DNA of 64,000 nucleotides from a virus: positions 25,929 through 89,928 of IMG/VR virus record IMGVR_UViG_3300025030_000068; one strand, written 5' to 3'. The translations under genes were made by a program, and so were the position numbers. Numbering within the stretch: the first letter of the stretch is position 1; each line of letters starts with the position of its first letter. The notes under the pieces were generated by a model. The model was not told the origin of the DNA. It ran no database searches and saw only the letters and a program-made list of their open reading frames with translations. This document shows positions 1 to 8,936 of the stretch, in pieces.

Positions 1-421
1 CGTTCCACTTTTTGAACTTGTCGTCTATGCCGTCATGGGCGACGGTGGGCGGGAGGTTTTTGTTGATGTCCATTGGGCTGGGCTCCTTTGTTAGATATTC
101 GTCTTCTGGATGATCTCGCTGGACCAGATCGGGATGCAGAGCAGCCACCACGTTGTGCGGTAGACGACCTCGGTGTGCTTCGCGTCGTCATGCCCGGCAT
201 CCCATGTCGGTACGCTGCGGCGGAACTGTCTCACGGTCTTGCGGATCATGGCTGGCATCCTTTCCCGACATGGCCGCAGTAGCCTTTTCCGGTGAGTTCC
301 CGCTTGATGTGGGGCTGCGCCGGGGTGGTGTACTCCTCCTGCCATGCCATGCAGTTGTCCGCTACGCAGCGGCGGTCCTGTGTGCAGCAGTGCCTCTTTC
401 TGGCCTCGTCCGGGGTGTGGG

Positions 422-1927
422 TCATTTCTTCCTCGCTTTCTGCACTTCACTGAATGGCGTCATGCTTCCGTCCTGATTCATGAGTTGCGGCTCTTCTTGG
501 CAGTATTCGAAATAGCGCTGGAGGCTGCTCTGGACGTAGGCCGTGGACAGCTCAATCCCACGATATCTGCGTCCGGTCTTGCGGCAAGCGATCAACGTTG
601 TGCCACTGCCGTTGAAGAGATCGATGACAATCTCCCCGTACTGGCTGCTGGCATAGATGCAGCGCTCGACCAGGCGTACTGGCTTCATTGTTGGGTGGTC
701 GGGGGACTTGTGGGGCTTGTCGATTCTGATCACTGTGGTCGGTTCCCGTAGGCGGAGTTCCTTGGCAATTTTGATCAGCTCCGGCTTGGAGAGCTTGGTG
801 ATGTCGATATCGTCGTCTATGACGGTCGTTTGCGAGAAATCGCCGCTGAAGTAGTGGGCGGCTCCTTCTTTCCAGCCGTAGAGTATCGGCTCGTGCTGCC
901 AATTATAGTCTTGGCGGCCCAGTGCAGCAGAGTTCTTAATCCAAACAAGGCATTGCTTAATCAGTAATATGGGGGCACTATTAATTGCCTTCCTGAAAGT
1001 TGTTCCGAGGTTGGCGGTATCCGCATGTGCGACATAAAAGCAACCTCCTGGTTTCAACGCATGACTCATCGAAGTGAATGCTCCGAGCAGAAACTCCTCA
1101 AACAAAGAATCTGTCATTTTGTCATTCTTTATGCCCTGTTCATCCGTCCGTTTATGTTGACTCCTTGGCTTCGCTCGATTCTCGTTGTGCTGGACGTCCA
1201 CGTTGTAAGGAGGATCAGTCCAACAAAGATCCGCCTTCTCCCCATTCATTATGCGTTCGACATCTGCGATCGATGTGCTGTCGCCGCAAAGCAGCCGATG
1301 GTCGCCTCCGCCGAGTACCCACAAGTCCCCCAGCTTCACGAACGGTTCCTCGACGGGTTCGACGACGGCATCCTCGTCTCCAGTCGGGTCCGGCTTATTC
1401 AGCCCCAGAAGTTCGTCGATCTCTTCCTGATTAAACCCGGTGAGGTTCATGTCGTAGCCGGTCTCGACAAGCTCCTGCATGAGCTGCGCGAGGAGGTCGT
1501 CGTCGAACTCTCCGCCGTGCCGATTTGCAGCTATATTCGCCGATTTTTCCTTTTGTTCATCCCACTCAACCTCCCGGTAGTTGAAGCGACCGTCTGGAGT
1601 GTCGATGTATCCGCTGGCGACCGTTCCCGCCTTGTCCGTGACCGCTTCCTTAACGATTGGCCAGCTGGGATCGAGGTTTTTAACACGCTGATGTCCACCA
1701 ACAAGTCTTCCGGTTCGGATGTTGAAAACGATAGAACCTAATTCGCCGAACTCCTTCATAGCGTCACGGAGCATATGAAGTTTTTCCGGGGAAATCCGGC
1801 GGGGGTTGTACCCGCTGGGCCGCAAATCGCTAATAGATGTCGGCACCAGTTCTTTTGCTGCTGTTGTTAGGTTGTCTACGGTCCTATCTGCGTTTGACAC
1901 CGCGCTTTTTCTTTTTTGCGTCGCCAT
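422..1927 (-). CDS. ParB-like N-terminal domain fused to N6/N4 DNA methyltransferase
   Basis: YNPRRI...GGHQR ParB-like N-terminus; catalytic DPPY, HPTMKP and DLFNGSGTT SAM-binding motif. Confidence 0.9.
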   Translation of the reverse strand: MATQKRKSAVSNADRTVDNLTTAAKELVPTSISDLRPSGYNPRRISPEKLHMLRDAMKEFGELGSIVFNIRTGRLVGGHQRVKNLDPSWPIVKEAVTDKAGTVASGYIDTPDGRFNYREVEWDEQKEKSANIAANRHGGEFDDDLLAQLMQELVETGYDMNLTGFNQEEIDELLGLNKPDPTGDEDAVVEPVEEPFVKLGDLWVLGGGDHRLLCGDSTSIADVERIMNGEKADLCWTDPPYNVDVQHNENRAKPRSQHKRTDEQGIKNDKMTDSLFEEFLLGAFTSMSHALKPGGCFYVAHADTANLGTTFRKAINSAPILLIKQCLVWIKNSAALGRQDYNWQHEPILYGWKEGAAHYFSGDFSQTTVIDDDIDITKLSKPELIKIAKELRLREPTTVIRIDKPHKSPDHPTMKPVRLVERCIYASSQYGEIVIDLFNGSGTTLIACRKTGRRYRGIELSTAYVQSSLQRYFEYCQEEPQLMNQDGSMTPFSEVQKARKK

Positions 1928-1942
1928 TACGTCCTCTTCCCT

Positions 1943-2611
1943 TTATGTTGTTTTAAGGAGTCGCTCTTCTTTGCTGTGACATTTTGAACACAAGGTTATA
2001 AGGTTCTCCATGCTGTGAGCCTCTTCTGGGGTATCGAATAGCCTGAATGGTTTTTTGTGGTGGACATGCAACCTCTTCCCGGTCTTCCCACACTTGGTGC
2101 ATTTATTCCCGTCTCTTTCCCTTGCTTGCCGGCGGATTCGATCCCACCCGCCGTAATAGGGTTGCGATCCGTCTTTGCATAAATAGCCACCCTTCCATCT
2201 AGGATGATTTTCTTTTGACCAGTTCAAAGATTTCCACGTCCCGAAGCATTTAGTTGAACAAAAGACTGAGTTCCTCGTCTCTATTTGGTCTCTATTTCTG
2301 AAAAACTTTTTGCTGCAAATTATGCATTCCCTTTCTACCGGGCCGCCTTTCCATCTCTTTGTGTTCTCTCCTGTAACTGCCGCTCGCTGTAATTTCATCC
2401 TGCATTCAATAGAACAACAGTCTTTGGTCCTTCCGCTCTTCCGAAGGATGTCGCTTATCGTTTTATAAAAGTATTCACCGCATGCATGGCAGGTTACTTT
2501 CACCGACAATCGTATCCTTCCATTTCTCGCTATTCGGATCGGCTCATTTATTATCCCGATTGTTTTGAGCCTTTCTTTGTATTCTTCTATTCTTCTGTCC
2601 ATCTCCGTCAC
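1943..2611 (-). CDS. HNH homing endonuclease with repeated Cys zinc ribbons
   Basis: C-terminal RDGNKCTKCG...HVHHKKP...NLITLCSKCHSKE; repeated CS..C and HPRWKGG-like motifs; AT-richer than flanks. Confidence 0.85.
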   Translation of the reverse strand: MTEMDRRIEEYKERLKTIGIINEPIRIARNGRIRLSVKVTCHACGEYFYKTISDILRKSGRTKDCCSIECRMKLQRAAVTGENTKRWKGGPVERECIICSKKFFRNRDQIETRNSVFCSTKCFGTWKSLNWSKENHPRWKGGYLCKDGSQPYYGGWDRIRRQARERDGNKCTKCGKTGKRLHVHHKKPFRLFDTPEEAHSMENLITLCSKCHSKEERLLKTT

Positions 2612-2625
2612 GCCTTTTGCCCTCC

Positions 2626-3051
2626 CTATCTCTGTATTTCCCGCAGGCGGATAATCGACGCGGCAATGTAGTTGATGGCACCGAGGCGTTCGGCGATGGC
2701 AGCCTCCGTGGCGAGACGTTGGCTCTCCCAGAGTTTCTTGGTCGCTTGCCCTACCGGGTAGCCGTCGCCGACGTTGCGGGTGATCTCCAGTATCGGCTGG
2801 TCGACGAATGGCTTGCCGTTGGCGTGGCGCTCCTTGCCCTTCCCTTGCTGGCTTTGGTCAAGCGCCTGCTGCAGCACTTCGGCAAGGGGCTCGTAGCCGG
2901 GCTCGATCGTCTGGCTGTGTTCCCTCTTAGTTCCGTAGTCGATCAGCATCCCGTCCTTGCCGCAGGTCGGGCAGTCTATAACTCGAAAATTTGCGTCTCC
3001 GGTGTTGTGGATCGTCGCGTCAAACCCGCAGTGGACACATTGGACTCGCAT
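2626..3051 (-). CDS. conserved phage hypothetical protein with N-terminal zinc ribbon
   Basis: CVHC/CPTC followed by the LxxALxQxxxGKGKERH motif; start moved to MRVQC after a GAGGAG RBS. Confidence 0.6.
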   Translation of the reverse strand: MRVQCVHCGFDATIHNTGDANFRVIDCPTCGKDGMLIDYGTKREHSQTIEPGYEPLAEVLQQALDQSQQGKGKERHANGKPFVDQPILEITRNVGDGYPVGQATKKLWESQRLATEAAIAERLGAINYIAASIIRLREIQR

Positions 3052-3062
3052 CTGTTCTCTCC

Positions 3063-3218
3063 TCACTTGCTTTTGTCGCTGGGCTCGATTTCTTTGCAGC
3101 TGAACCACTCCGCACCGCACTCGGTACAGCGGTACAGCGGGTCTCCGGGGTTGCAGGTGTCGAGCGGATGCTCGTCGGCTACCTTCTTGGCTTTGCCGTC
3201 GCAGACGAAGCATGTCAT
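3063..3218 (-). CDS. small zinc-finger protein
   Basis: CFVC...CTEC; ATG overlaps the thyX stop codon. Confidence 0.5.
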   Translation of the reverse strand: MTCFVCDGKAKKVADEHPLDTCNPGDPLYRCTECGAEWFSCKEIEPSDKSK

Positions 3219-3868
3219 GACTGGCAGCCTCTGGCGCCTTCCGGACAGCTCCCGCGCGTGCAGCCCGGTCCGGCGTCTGCGAATAATGCGGGAGCAATGC
3301 GCCTGCATGCGTTCAGCATCTCCTTCGCCATTTCCCGGATCTCCCATTGGGCACGGCTGCAGCAGCGCAGCGAGAAGAAGTGGCGCAGCTCTCTGGCGTT
3401 CATGGTCATCACCAGTTTCGTCTCGGCGGCGTTCGGGAGGACGAAACGGGCGTCTTCGGCGGGCACTCCGGCGTGGATCAATTCGTCGTAGAAAGCGAAG
3501 GCCTGCAGTTCCATGAATTCACGGTAGGCGGCCTCGTACCCGGCGGCGGAGATGCTTTCCGGGATGATGTAGTTAGCATCCTTCGTCCGGACATACCGTT
3601 GGCTCTGCTGCGAGAATGAAGCGACCCGGTGTCGCACCAGCTGGTGCGAGCAGGCCCGGCTGATTCCATCGACGGCGAAGGTGAAGCTGGCGTGCTCTGC
3701 GACCGACTCGTGTCCCATGCCGAGAACTTTCCGCAGCAGGAGAATGTCGCTGTCGGTTGTCGTGCCGGGGACAATGGCTGCTGGCATCCCGGCGCTGTAG
3801 CATACCCTTGCCGCGTAGGCGCAGACCGCTTCCGGGTCCGGGGTGTGGGTAACTAGTTGGACTTTCAT
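3215..3868 (-). CDS. thyX: FAD-dependent thymidylate synthase
   Basis: GHESVAEH and the RHRVASFSQQSQRY signature (RHRx7S); start MKVQLVTHTPDPE. Confidence 0.95.
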   Translation of the reverse strand: MKVQLVTHTPDPEAVCAYAARVCYSAGMPAAIVPGTTTDSDILLLRKVLGMGHESVAEHASFTFAVDGISRACSHQLVRHRVASFSQQSQRYVRTKDANYIIPESISAAGYEAAYREFMELQAFAFYDELIHAGVPAEDARFVLPNAAETKLVMTMNARELRHFFSLRCCSRAQWEIREMAKEMLNACRRIAPALFADAGPGCTRGSCPEGARGCQS

Positions 3869-4062
3869 GGGCTCTCCTCGAATAGTGTCATCTGCCCCTC
3901 GCAGGTCCGGGCCTTGCGTTTGCGGTCCGCTCTGGCTGCTCCGAGTATCTTGCGCAGACAGGTCTTGCCGATGCCGATATGGATCGACTCCGGGTCTGTC
4001 AGTTTTCGGTTGCAGCGTCGACAGCGAGTGCTTTCGGCTTTTGCTTTTCCCATGATGTCCAT
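3865..4062 (-). CDS. DUF6011-like zinc-binding protein
   Basis: CRRCNRKLTDPESIHIGIGKTC motif. Confidence 0.7.
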   Translation of the reverse strand: MDIMGKAKAESTRCRRCNRKLTDPESIHIGIGKTCLRKILGAARADRKRKARTCEGQMTLFEESP

Positions 4063-4472
4063 CCGTTATCCGTTCTCTTCTCGACCATCTGCCAGTATAG
4101 GAGCGCTCCGGTTTCGCGGATGTTCTCACCTTGGTATTTCTTCGTCGGGCTGGGGTCGTGGACGACGACGCCATTCATGTCCATCACCACCGCGTGGGTT
4201 TTGCCTTCAAAGTTCTTACTTGGAACCGCAGCGTCGAAGTATCCCTCGATGCTGTCTTCGAAGAGTAATTCCCGCTTCCCCGGATATCCCGACCCGCAGC
4301 ACTCGTAACCCATCGACCAGAAGAAGCACGTCCAGACGTTTTGCCATATCCATTCTGGCAGCAGGATGAAGTGCGGGACCGCTTCCAGTTCCAGATCGAA
4401 CAGGCTGGCGACGACGGCTCGCATGCAGTCTCCTCGGCCTTGGTCGTGAATTGATTGTTCGACTTTGGTCAT
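3999..4472 (-). CDS. phage hypothetical protein, possible Cys-peptidase-like fold
   Basis: Q...GDCMRA...HAVV...HDP pattern. Confidence 0.5.
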   Translation of the reverse strand: MTKVEQSIHDQGRGDCMRAVVASLFDLELEAVPHFILLPEWIWQNVWTCFFWSMGYECCGSGYPGKRELLFEDSIEGYFDAAVPSKNFEGKTHAVVMDMNGVVVHDPSPTKKYQGENIRETGALLYWQMVEKRTDNGWTSWEKQKPKALAVDAATEN

Positions 4473-4685
4473 GCTTTTCTCCCTGTGTTTTACTGGCCAG
4501 CGGCAGGGGGTACCGGAGATCACATCTCCAGCTCCCTACCACCGGCCTCCGTTTGCGACCGGATGTGGTCCTGCTCTCTCAATGAGGCCAGCAGTCGTCG
4601 CGAGGTTGAATGGTTGCGGTGCCGACGACAGCAGTTCCCGCTTCCCCTATGCCTTTGCTGTTGGGTGCCTCTGGGGGTTCTGTAT

Positions 4686-4850
4686 TTATCCTTCACCGAC
4701 GATAGTCTTGTCCCGGCGGTAGCCCGGCACGCTCGGTACTCGATCGGCCACACACTTGCAGACTTCGCAGGTGGTCTGGACGTGGGAGTGTGGTGCGATC
4801 TCCTCTTGCCGTTGGCCGCAGAATCGGCACTCGTAAGTGTAGAGCGGCAT
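4686..4850 (-). CDS. FmdB-like zinc-ribbon protein (54 aa, below the ORF-track cutoff)
   Basis: Manual translation MPLYTYECRFCG...CEVC; AAGGA RBS. Confidence 0.7.
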   Translation of the reverse strand: MPLYTYECRFCGQRQEEIAPHSHVQTTCEVCKCVADRVPSVPGYRRDKTIVGEG

Positions 4851-5413
4851 TATCCTTTGATCTCCTTGTAAATACGCAGGACGCTATCGGCGTACCGGAC
4901 TGCCGCCGGCCCTTGCCCGTTGTAGCGGATCAAGGCTTTTCTTATGCTGCCGTGCTGGCCTATCAGCGTCCGGATCACTCTCTCCGCCTGTGCTGCCTGC
5001 CCGAACACGTCCGCCGGGACATGGCCCCAATACTTCGCCCGGACTTGCCATGCGCCCTGTTCCCCAGCGGTTCCTCTCGGTGACCACGGGTTGGCGTTGC
5101 TTTCGATGGTGGCGATAGCTGCCAGCAGGAAAGGGTCAGCGCCTGCCTCGACGCACGCTGCGGCGATATCGGCGGAGCCGATAGACTTCTTTGCGTTGAG
5201 GTAGGTGATGATCCTTGACTCGACGTCCTTCTGCTTCTGTTCGTACTGTTGCTTCTCTACTTTGAGCTGTTGGATCTCGATGCGGAGGCGTGAGGTTTCC
5301 CTCTCGTTGTCTATCGTCTTGACGATGTGATAGGAGAGGGCGATCGCTGAGACAATGATTCCAATAATAATGACGTCGAGGAGCTGGTTGGTGGCATCGT
5401 TTTTCCTGTTCAC
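4850..5413 (-). CDS. membrane-anchored lytic transglycosylase (SLT domain)
   Basis: N-terminal TM helix, coiled coil, IATIES catalytic Glu, GAWQV and YNG motifs. Confidence 0.8.
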   Translation of the reverse strand: MNRKNDATNQLLDVIIIGIIVSAIALSYHIVKTIDNERETSRLRIEIQQLKVEKQQYEQKQKDVESRIITYLNAKKSIGSADIAAACVEAGADPFLLAAIATIESNANPWSPRGTAGEQGAWQVRAKYWGHVPADVFGQAAQAERVIRTLIGQHGSIRKALIRYNGQGPAAVRYADSVLRIYKEIKG

Positions 5414-5880
5414 GGTTTTCTCCTGATCGTGATTTCGAGCCCATCGACTCCGGGGACGAGGTGTGGCTGGTTCTTGTCACAGCCCATTGTGACCCATCGT
5501 TTGTGCTGTCGCTTGTGCAGGTCGCAGACGAGGTGGTTTACTCCTTCGACTTCAATCTTCTGGCCGTCCCATGCCCGGTGACCACACCTCTGGACAGCGC
5601 AGAGCGAGGGGAAAACGGGATGCTGACCGTCAGTCACCGGGTTGTTGCGTTCATAGACAATCTGTCCCCGGTTGATCCTGGCGCTGCAGTTGACGCAGAC
5701 ATATTCGACCCCCTTGTGGATGAGTCGTGGGTGGACCGCCAGCACGAGGTGCGTCACCATGAGCGTTCCGCCGCAGACGGAGCAGGTGCGGCAGCTCAGG
5801 CATCGGCGGACGCCATGCCGCTTGCACCATTGCCGGTCGGCGTTAATGCACTCCGGGTGGATGCCGTCCTTGAACGACAT
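5410..5880 (-). CDS. Cys-rich hypothetical protein
   Basis: Multiple CxxC pairs; start uncertain. Confidence 0.45.
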   Translation of the reverse strand: MSFKDGIHPECINADRQWCKRHGVRRCLSCRTCSVCGGTLMVTHLVLAVHPRLIHKGVEYVCVNCSARINRGQIVYERNNPVTDGQHPVFPSLCAVQRCGHRAWDGQKIEVEGVNHLVCDLHKRQHKRWVTMGCDKNQPHLVPGVDGLEITIRRKP

Positions 5881-5917
5881 ACGGGCGTAGCGCTGCCGCT
5901 CCCGTGGTCCCAGCGGA

Positions 5918-6532
5918 TCATCGCTTGAGTTTGATCCATTCATTGAACCGGTCGACAAGGGCGGTGAACTCCTCACGGTTGATGTCTGTGCAGCTGGCGA
6001 CGTTAAAGTGTTCCTTGAAACATGCCTTGCAAGTCTCCGGGCTATCAATACTTCTGGCTGCTGGCCAGAAAATTATCTCTCGCAAAAAATCCCAAAATCT
6101 CTCGTTGCGGAACCAGCCGACATGCAGCCCCTTGATTTCGTGCGAAGTCAGGGGGGAGCTGTTCTGTCTCTTTTCTGGTACCGGCACGTCGCTATAGCTG
6201 CGGATAGTCATGGTAATGCTGGTATCGGGAAGGGCGGTGATCATCGGGCCGATGCTCGCTTGTTGCTCGAAGCATGTCTCGAAGGAGAGAAAGAACTTTT
6301 TACCTTTGTGGGGGACGTCGACGATGAAGGCCGGCGAGATGGTGATGTTGATCTCCCCTTGTATTTCGATCTCGACCTTGCTGTCGATCAGGCCGGTCAG
6401 TTGCGAGGGGAGTTCCTTTTCTGTGGGGATTTCAACGAGGCAGCGCCATGCCTTCTGCGACCTCATCCACTTTCGTTCAACGAAGCGGCAAGGAATGACT
6501 AAATCTTTCGATATAGGGAACACTTGAGGCAT
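5918..6532 (-). CDS. hypothetical protein
   Basis: 204-aa ORF in operon orientation. Confidence 0.55.
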   Translation of the reverse strand: MPQVFPISKDLVIPCRFVERKWMRSQKAWRCLVEIPTEKELPSQLTGLIDSKVEIEIQGEINITISPAFIVDVPHKGKKFFLSFETCFEQQASIGPMITALPDTSITMTIRSYSDVPVPEKRQNSSPLTSHEIKGLHVGWFRNERFWDFLREIIFWPAARSIDSPETCKACFKEHFNVASCTDINREEFTALVDRFNEWIKLKR

Positions 6533-6615
6533 ACGCTTGCCGCTTTCTTATTTTTCCGGGCGGGGGGAGGGAACAACGGATTCAACCGCCGTCCCCGTCC
6601 CCGCTCCTGTTAGTT

Positions 6616-6858
6616 TTAGTTCTGGCACTCTTTGGCGGTACAGGTGGGACAGATAAACGCCTCGATCATCGCCGTTTGTACGTTGTTCTGCTCTGCGTAG
6701 ATCGCCTCTTCGAGATTCAACCACAGAGGTCGTTGCTCTCTGGTCATGGTTGCCAGTAGCGACTGTTCCGCGTCAGAGCGTTGCTGGCTGTTCTTTCCTC
6801 TTCCGGATTCCGCGATTTCCGAGAGCCGTTCCATGTCCTTCTTTGGGCACTGTGCCAT
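6616..6858 (-). CDS. hypothetical protein
   Basis: AGGAGG upstream, operon orientation. Confidence 0.55.
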   Translation of the reverse strand: MAQCPKKDMERLSEIAESGRGKNSQQRSDAEQSLLATMTREQRPLWLNLEEAIYAEQNNVQTAMIEAFICPTCTAKECQN

Positions 6859-7147
6859 TCCCTTTTCCTCCTATTGTTTTTCTACCGAATTTCCCGCCAA
6901 CCTGCATGCTCTCCAAGGCGGCGAGGATATGTGGCACCATGAACTTGTTCGGCTTCCCCGGTATATGCGGGAGCATTTTGCGGCGGCATAAGCGCGTGAC
7001 GTGCGTTTCGCTCCAGCCAGTCATGCGGGAGACGTCCCCGGTATCGAGCAAAAGCTGACCGATGCCGAGGAAGAGGTTGAGCCGTTCCTCCGCTTCTGGA
7101 GACGAGAGAAGAAAAGCAGTAATCTTTGCCTCAAGATGGTCCGTCAT
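6773..7147 (-). CDS. excisionase-like helix-turn-helix protein
   Basis: LLDTGDVSRMTGWSETHVTRLCRRKMLP resembles HTH_17/MerR-type HTH; close to the integrase. Confidence 0.6.
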   Translation of the reverse strand: MTDHLEAKITAFLLSSPEAEERLNLFLGIGQLLLDTGDVSRMTGWSETHVTRLCRRKMLPHIPGKPNKFMVPHILAALESMQVGGKFGRKTIGGKGNGTVPKEGHGTALGNRGIRKRKEQPATL

Positions 7148-7148
7148 G

Positions 7149-7370
7149 TCAAGCGACTTTACCGCAATCAGCCGGCTTATCGTCGGAAGGGACAAGGCCG
7201 TCCCGGCGCAGGGCCGCGACATAGGACGACACGACCGGGCCGTTACTCGTCCATTGACCCCGCAGGAACATTTTAAAGGTGTTCAGGTTGAATTTGTTCG
7301 CCCGTGCGTATCCGGCGATAGAAAACCCGCGTGCAAGTAATTTCTGTTTTGCCAGTTCGACGTTGACCAT
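7149..7370 (-). CDS. Cro/Ner-like DNA-binding protein
   Basis: 73 aa with GFSIAGYARANKFNLNTFKMFLRG HTH; first gene after the leftward promoter. Confidence 0.65.
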   Translation of the reverse strand: MVNVELAKQKLLARGFSIAGYARANKFNLNTFKMFLRGQWTSNGPVVSSYVAALRRDGLVPSDDKPADCGKVA

Positions 7371-7401
7371 GTTCTTGCCCCTTTGGTATATTTGCGAATT
7401 G

Positions 7402-7430
7402 ATAGTAACTGCTCCCGTTCCCTATGTCAA
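7402..7430 (-). promoter_or_regulatory. sigma70 promoter for the leftward operon, overlapped by the operator-like motif
   Basis: Minus strand TTGACA-17 bp-TACTAT. Confidence 0.75.
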
Positions 7431-7438
7431 AGGTTTTT

Positions 7439-8623
7439 ATGGCGAAAATTTACGCGCACAAACAGCACGGGTGGCAGTTGCGTTTCACCATCTATTTTGC
7501 TGAACAAAAGGTCGTCCGCTACCGCTTCAGCCGGTCTCGCGACGAGATGTATTCCATGCACCGGGCAGCGGAAATGCTGGAACTCGCCAGCCGTCGCTGT
7601 GACGCCTCTTTCCGTGAGGTGGAGGTCGCCGTCAACCTCGGTCTGATCTCCAGTTCCGAGGCGGTCCTGCTGACTGGCGGAAAACGATCGTCGTCCTATG
7701 ATCTTGATCTGGTCATGGAGCGCTGGTCGGTCTCCTCCTCGTTGCTCAACTCCCCCTACGGTCATGGAGTCAACCTGCGGCGTGGTGTCCGTCTGCGCCT
7801 CTGGCTGGAAGCGAACCCGATCCCGACGCTCGACGACGCTGCCGTGAAGAGATATATCCAGAGGCGCCGAGACGGGCTGCTGACCTATCCCCATCCCCGG
7901 ACCGGGATCACCGTCGTCGGCTGTTCGACCAAGACCATCACCAATGAGCTGCAGGTGCTACGGGCGATCATTGACGAGGCCGTGAAGCTCAAGATGGTCG
8001 ACATGAACGTGGCTCGGTCTGTCGATCTCCCGGTGAAGAAGTCAAAGTTTCGACGGTCCATGTCGATGGATGAGGTTTCGGCGCTCCTTGAAGCCGCCCA
8101 GCAGTCTCGGCACCTCTGTCATGGGTATGCGGTCGAGGTCTTGTCCTGTGCTGTCTATGCTGGCCTGCGGCGCTCGGAGATTCGGACCCTGCAGTGGCGC
8201 GACATCGACTTCGACAATGGTCGTATCCGGATCGTGCAGAAGGCGGTACCGGGCGAGGATGATTTTATCCCCAAGGGTGGCAATGCCGGCGTGACGACGC
8301 TGCCGGATCGCCTTGCCGAGATTCTTGAGCAGGTAGAGCGCAAGGGGGAGTGGGTCTTCGGTGGAGAGAAGCCGCTGGTTCTTACCGCGTTTTGGCAACT
8401 TTTCAAGGAGGTGGCGTCCCGTGCCGGGCTCCCCTCGGATTTGTCGCTCCATCACGCTCGCCATACCTACGGGTCGTGGCTGCTCCGCATGACCGGCGAT
8501 CTGTCGTATGTTCAGTCCGAAATGCGGCATACCGATATCAACACGACGCGGAACTACATGCATACGACCGCCTCGGAAAAACCGGCCCGGCTGCTCGACT
8601 TCGGCATCAAAAAAAAGGATTAA
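7439..8623 (+). CDS. int: tyrosine integrase
   Basis: AGLRRSE (R), PKGG (K), HHARH (HxxR), RHTDINTTRNY (H, Y); attP immediately downstream. Confidence 0.95.
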   Translation: MAKIYAHKQHGWQLRFTIYFAEQKVVRYRFSRSRDEMYSMHRAAEMLELASRRCDASFREVEVAVNLGLISSSEAVLLTGGKRSSSYDLDLVMERWSVSSSLLNSPYGHGVNLRRGVRLRLWLEANPIPTLDDAAVKRYIQRRRDGLLTYPHPRTGITVVGCSTKTITNELQVLRAIIDEAVKLKMVDMNVARSVDLPVKKSKFRRSMSMDEVSALLEAAQQSRHLCHGYAVEVLSCAVYAGLRRSEIRTLQWRDIDFDNGRIRIVQKAVPGEDDFIPKGGNAGVTTLPDRLAEILEQVERKGEWVFGGEKPLVLTAFWQLFKEVASRAGLPSDLSLHHARHTYGSWLLRMTGDLSYVQSEMRHTDINTTRNYMHTTASEKPARLLDFGIKKKD

Positions 8624-8656
8624 ATGGTGGGCGGGCAATCGGATTTTTTTGGGCGT

Positions 8657-8914
8657 TTTGGTAGTTCTTTGGTAGCTCGTTTTATGCGTTCCTCTTTTCT
8701 CTTTAATTCCAAGTTCTTGCAAAAAGTCCGCGCGGGTTCGATTCCCGCAGGGATCACCAGTTAACCGCTATAAAAGCCACATATAAAGTTGCAGTTTTCT
8801 TTGCTTTTTTGCGTAGATACCGACTTGACAGTGGCTTTTATGGTTTTATCATTCTTTTGTATAGGGATCGATTAAGGCTTATTGTAGCCGAGAAGCTTGG
8901 TACTTTTTTGGTAC
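8657..8914 (+). other. attP: tRNA 3'-end core (8732-8759) with arm-type repeats
   Basis: GCGGG-TTCGATT-CCCGC-AGGGATC-A-CCA = T arm, acceptor strand and CCA; paired YTTGGTAS repeats at 8657/8668 and 8896/8907 with an 11-bp period. Confidence 0.85.
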
Positions 8915-8936
8915 ATGTGGAAAAGGAGGTTTTGTC

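Noticed and set aside
7439-8623. Integrase as an integron integrase (IntI)
   Set aside because: It lacks the IntI-specific insertion between patches II and III, has its own tRNA-type attP, and lies about 51 kb from the array.
8700-8760. Complete tRNA gene
   Set aside because: Only the T arm, acceptor 3' strand and CCA are present; no D arm, anticodon arm or 5' acceptor strand upstream.
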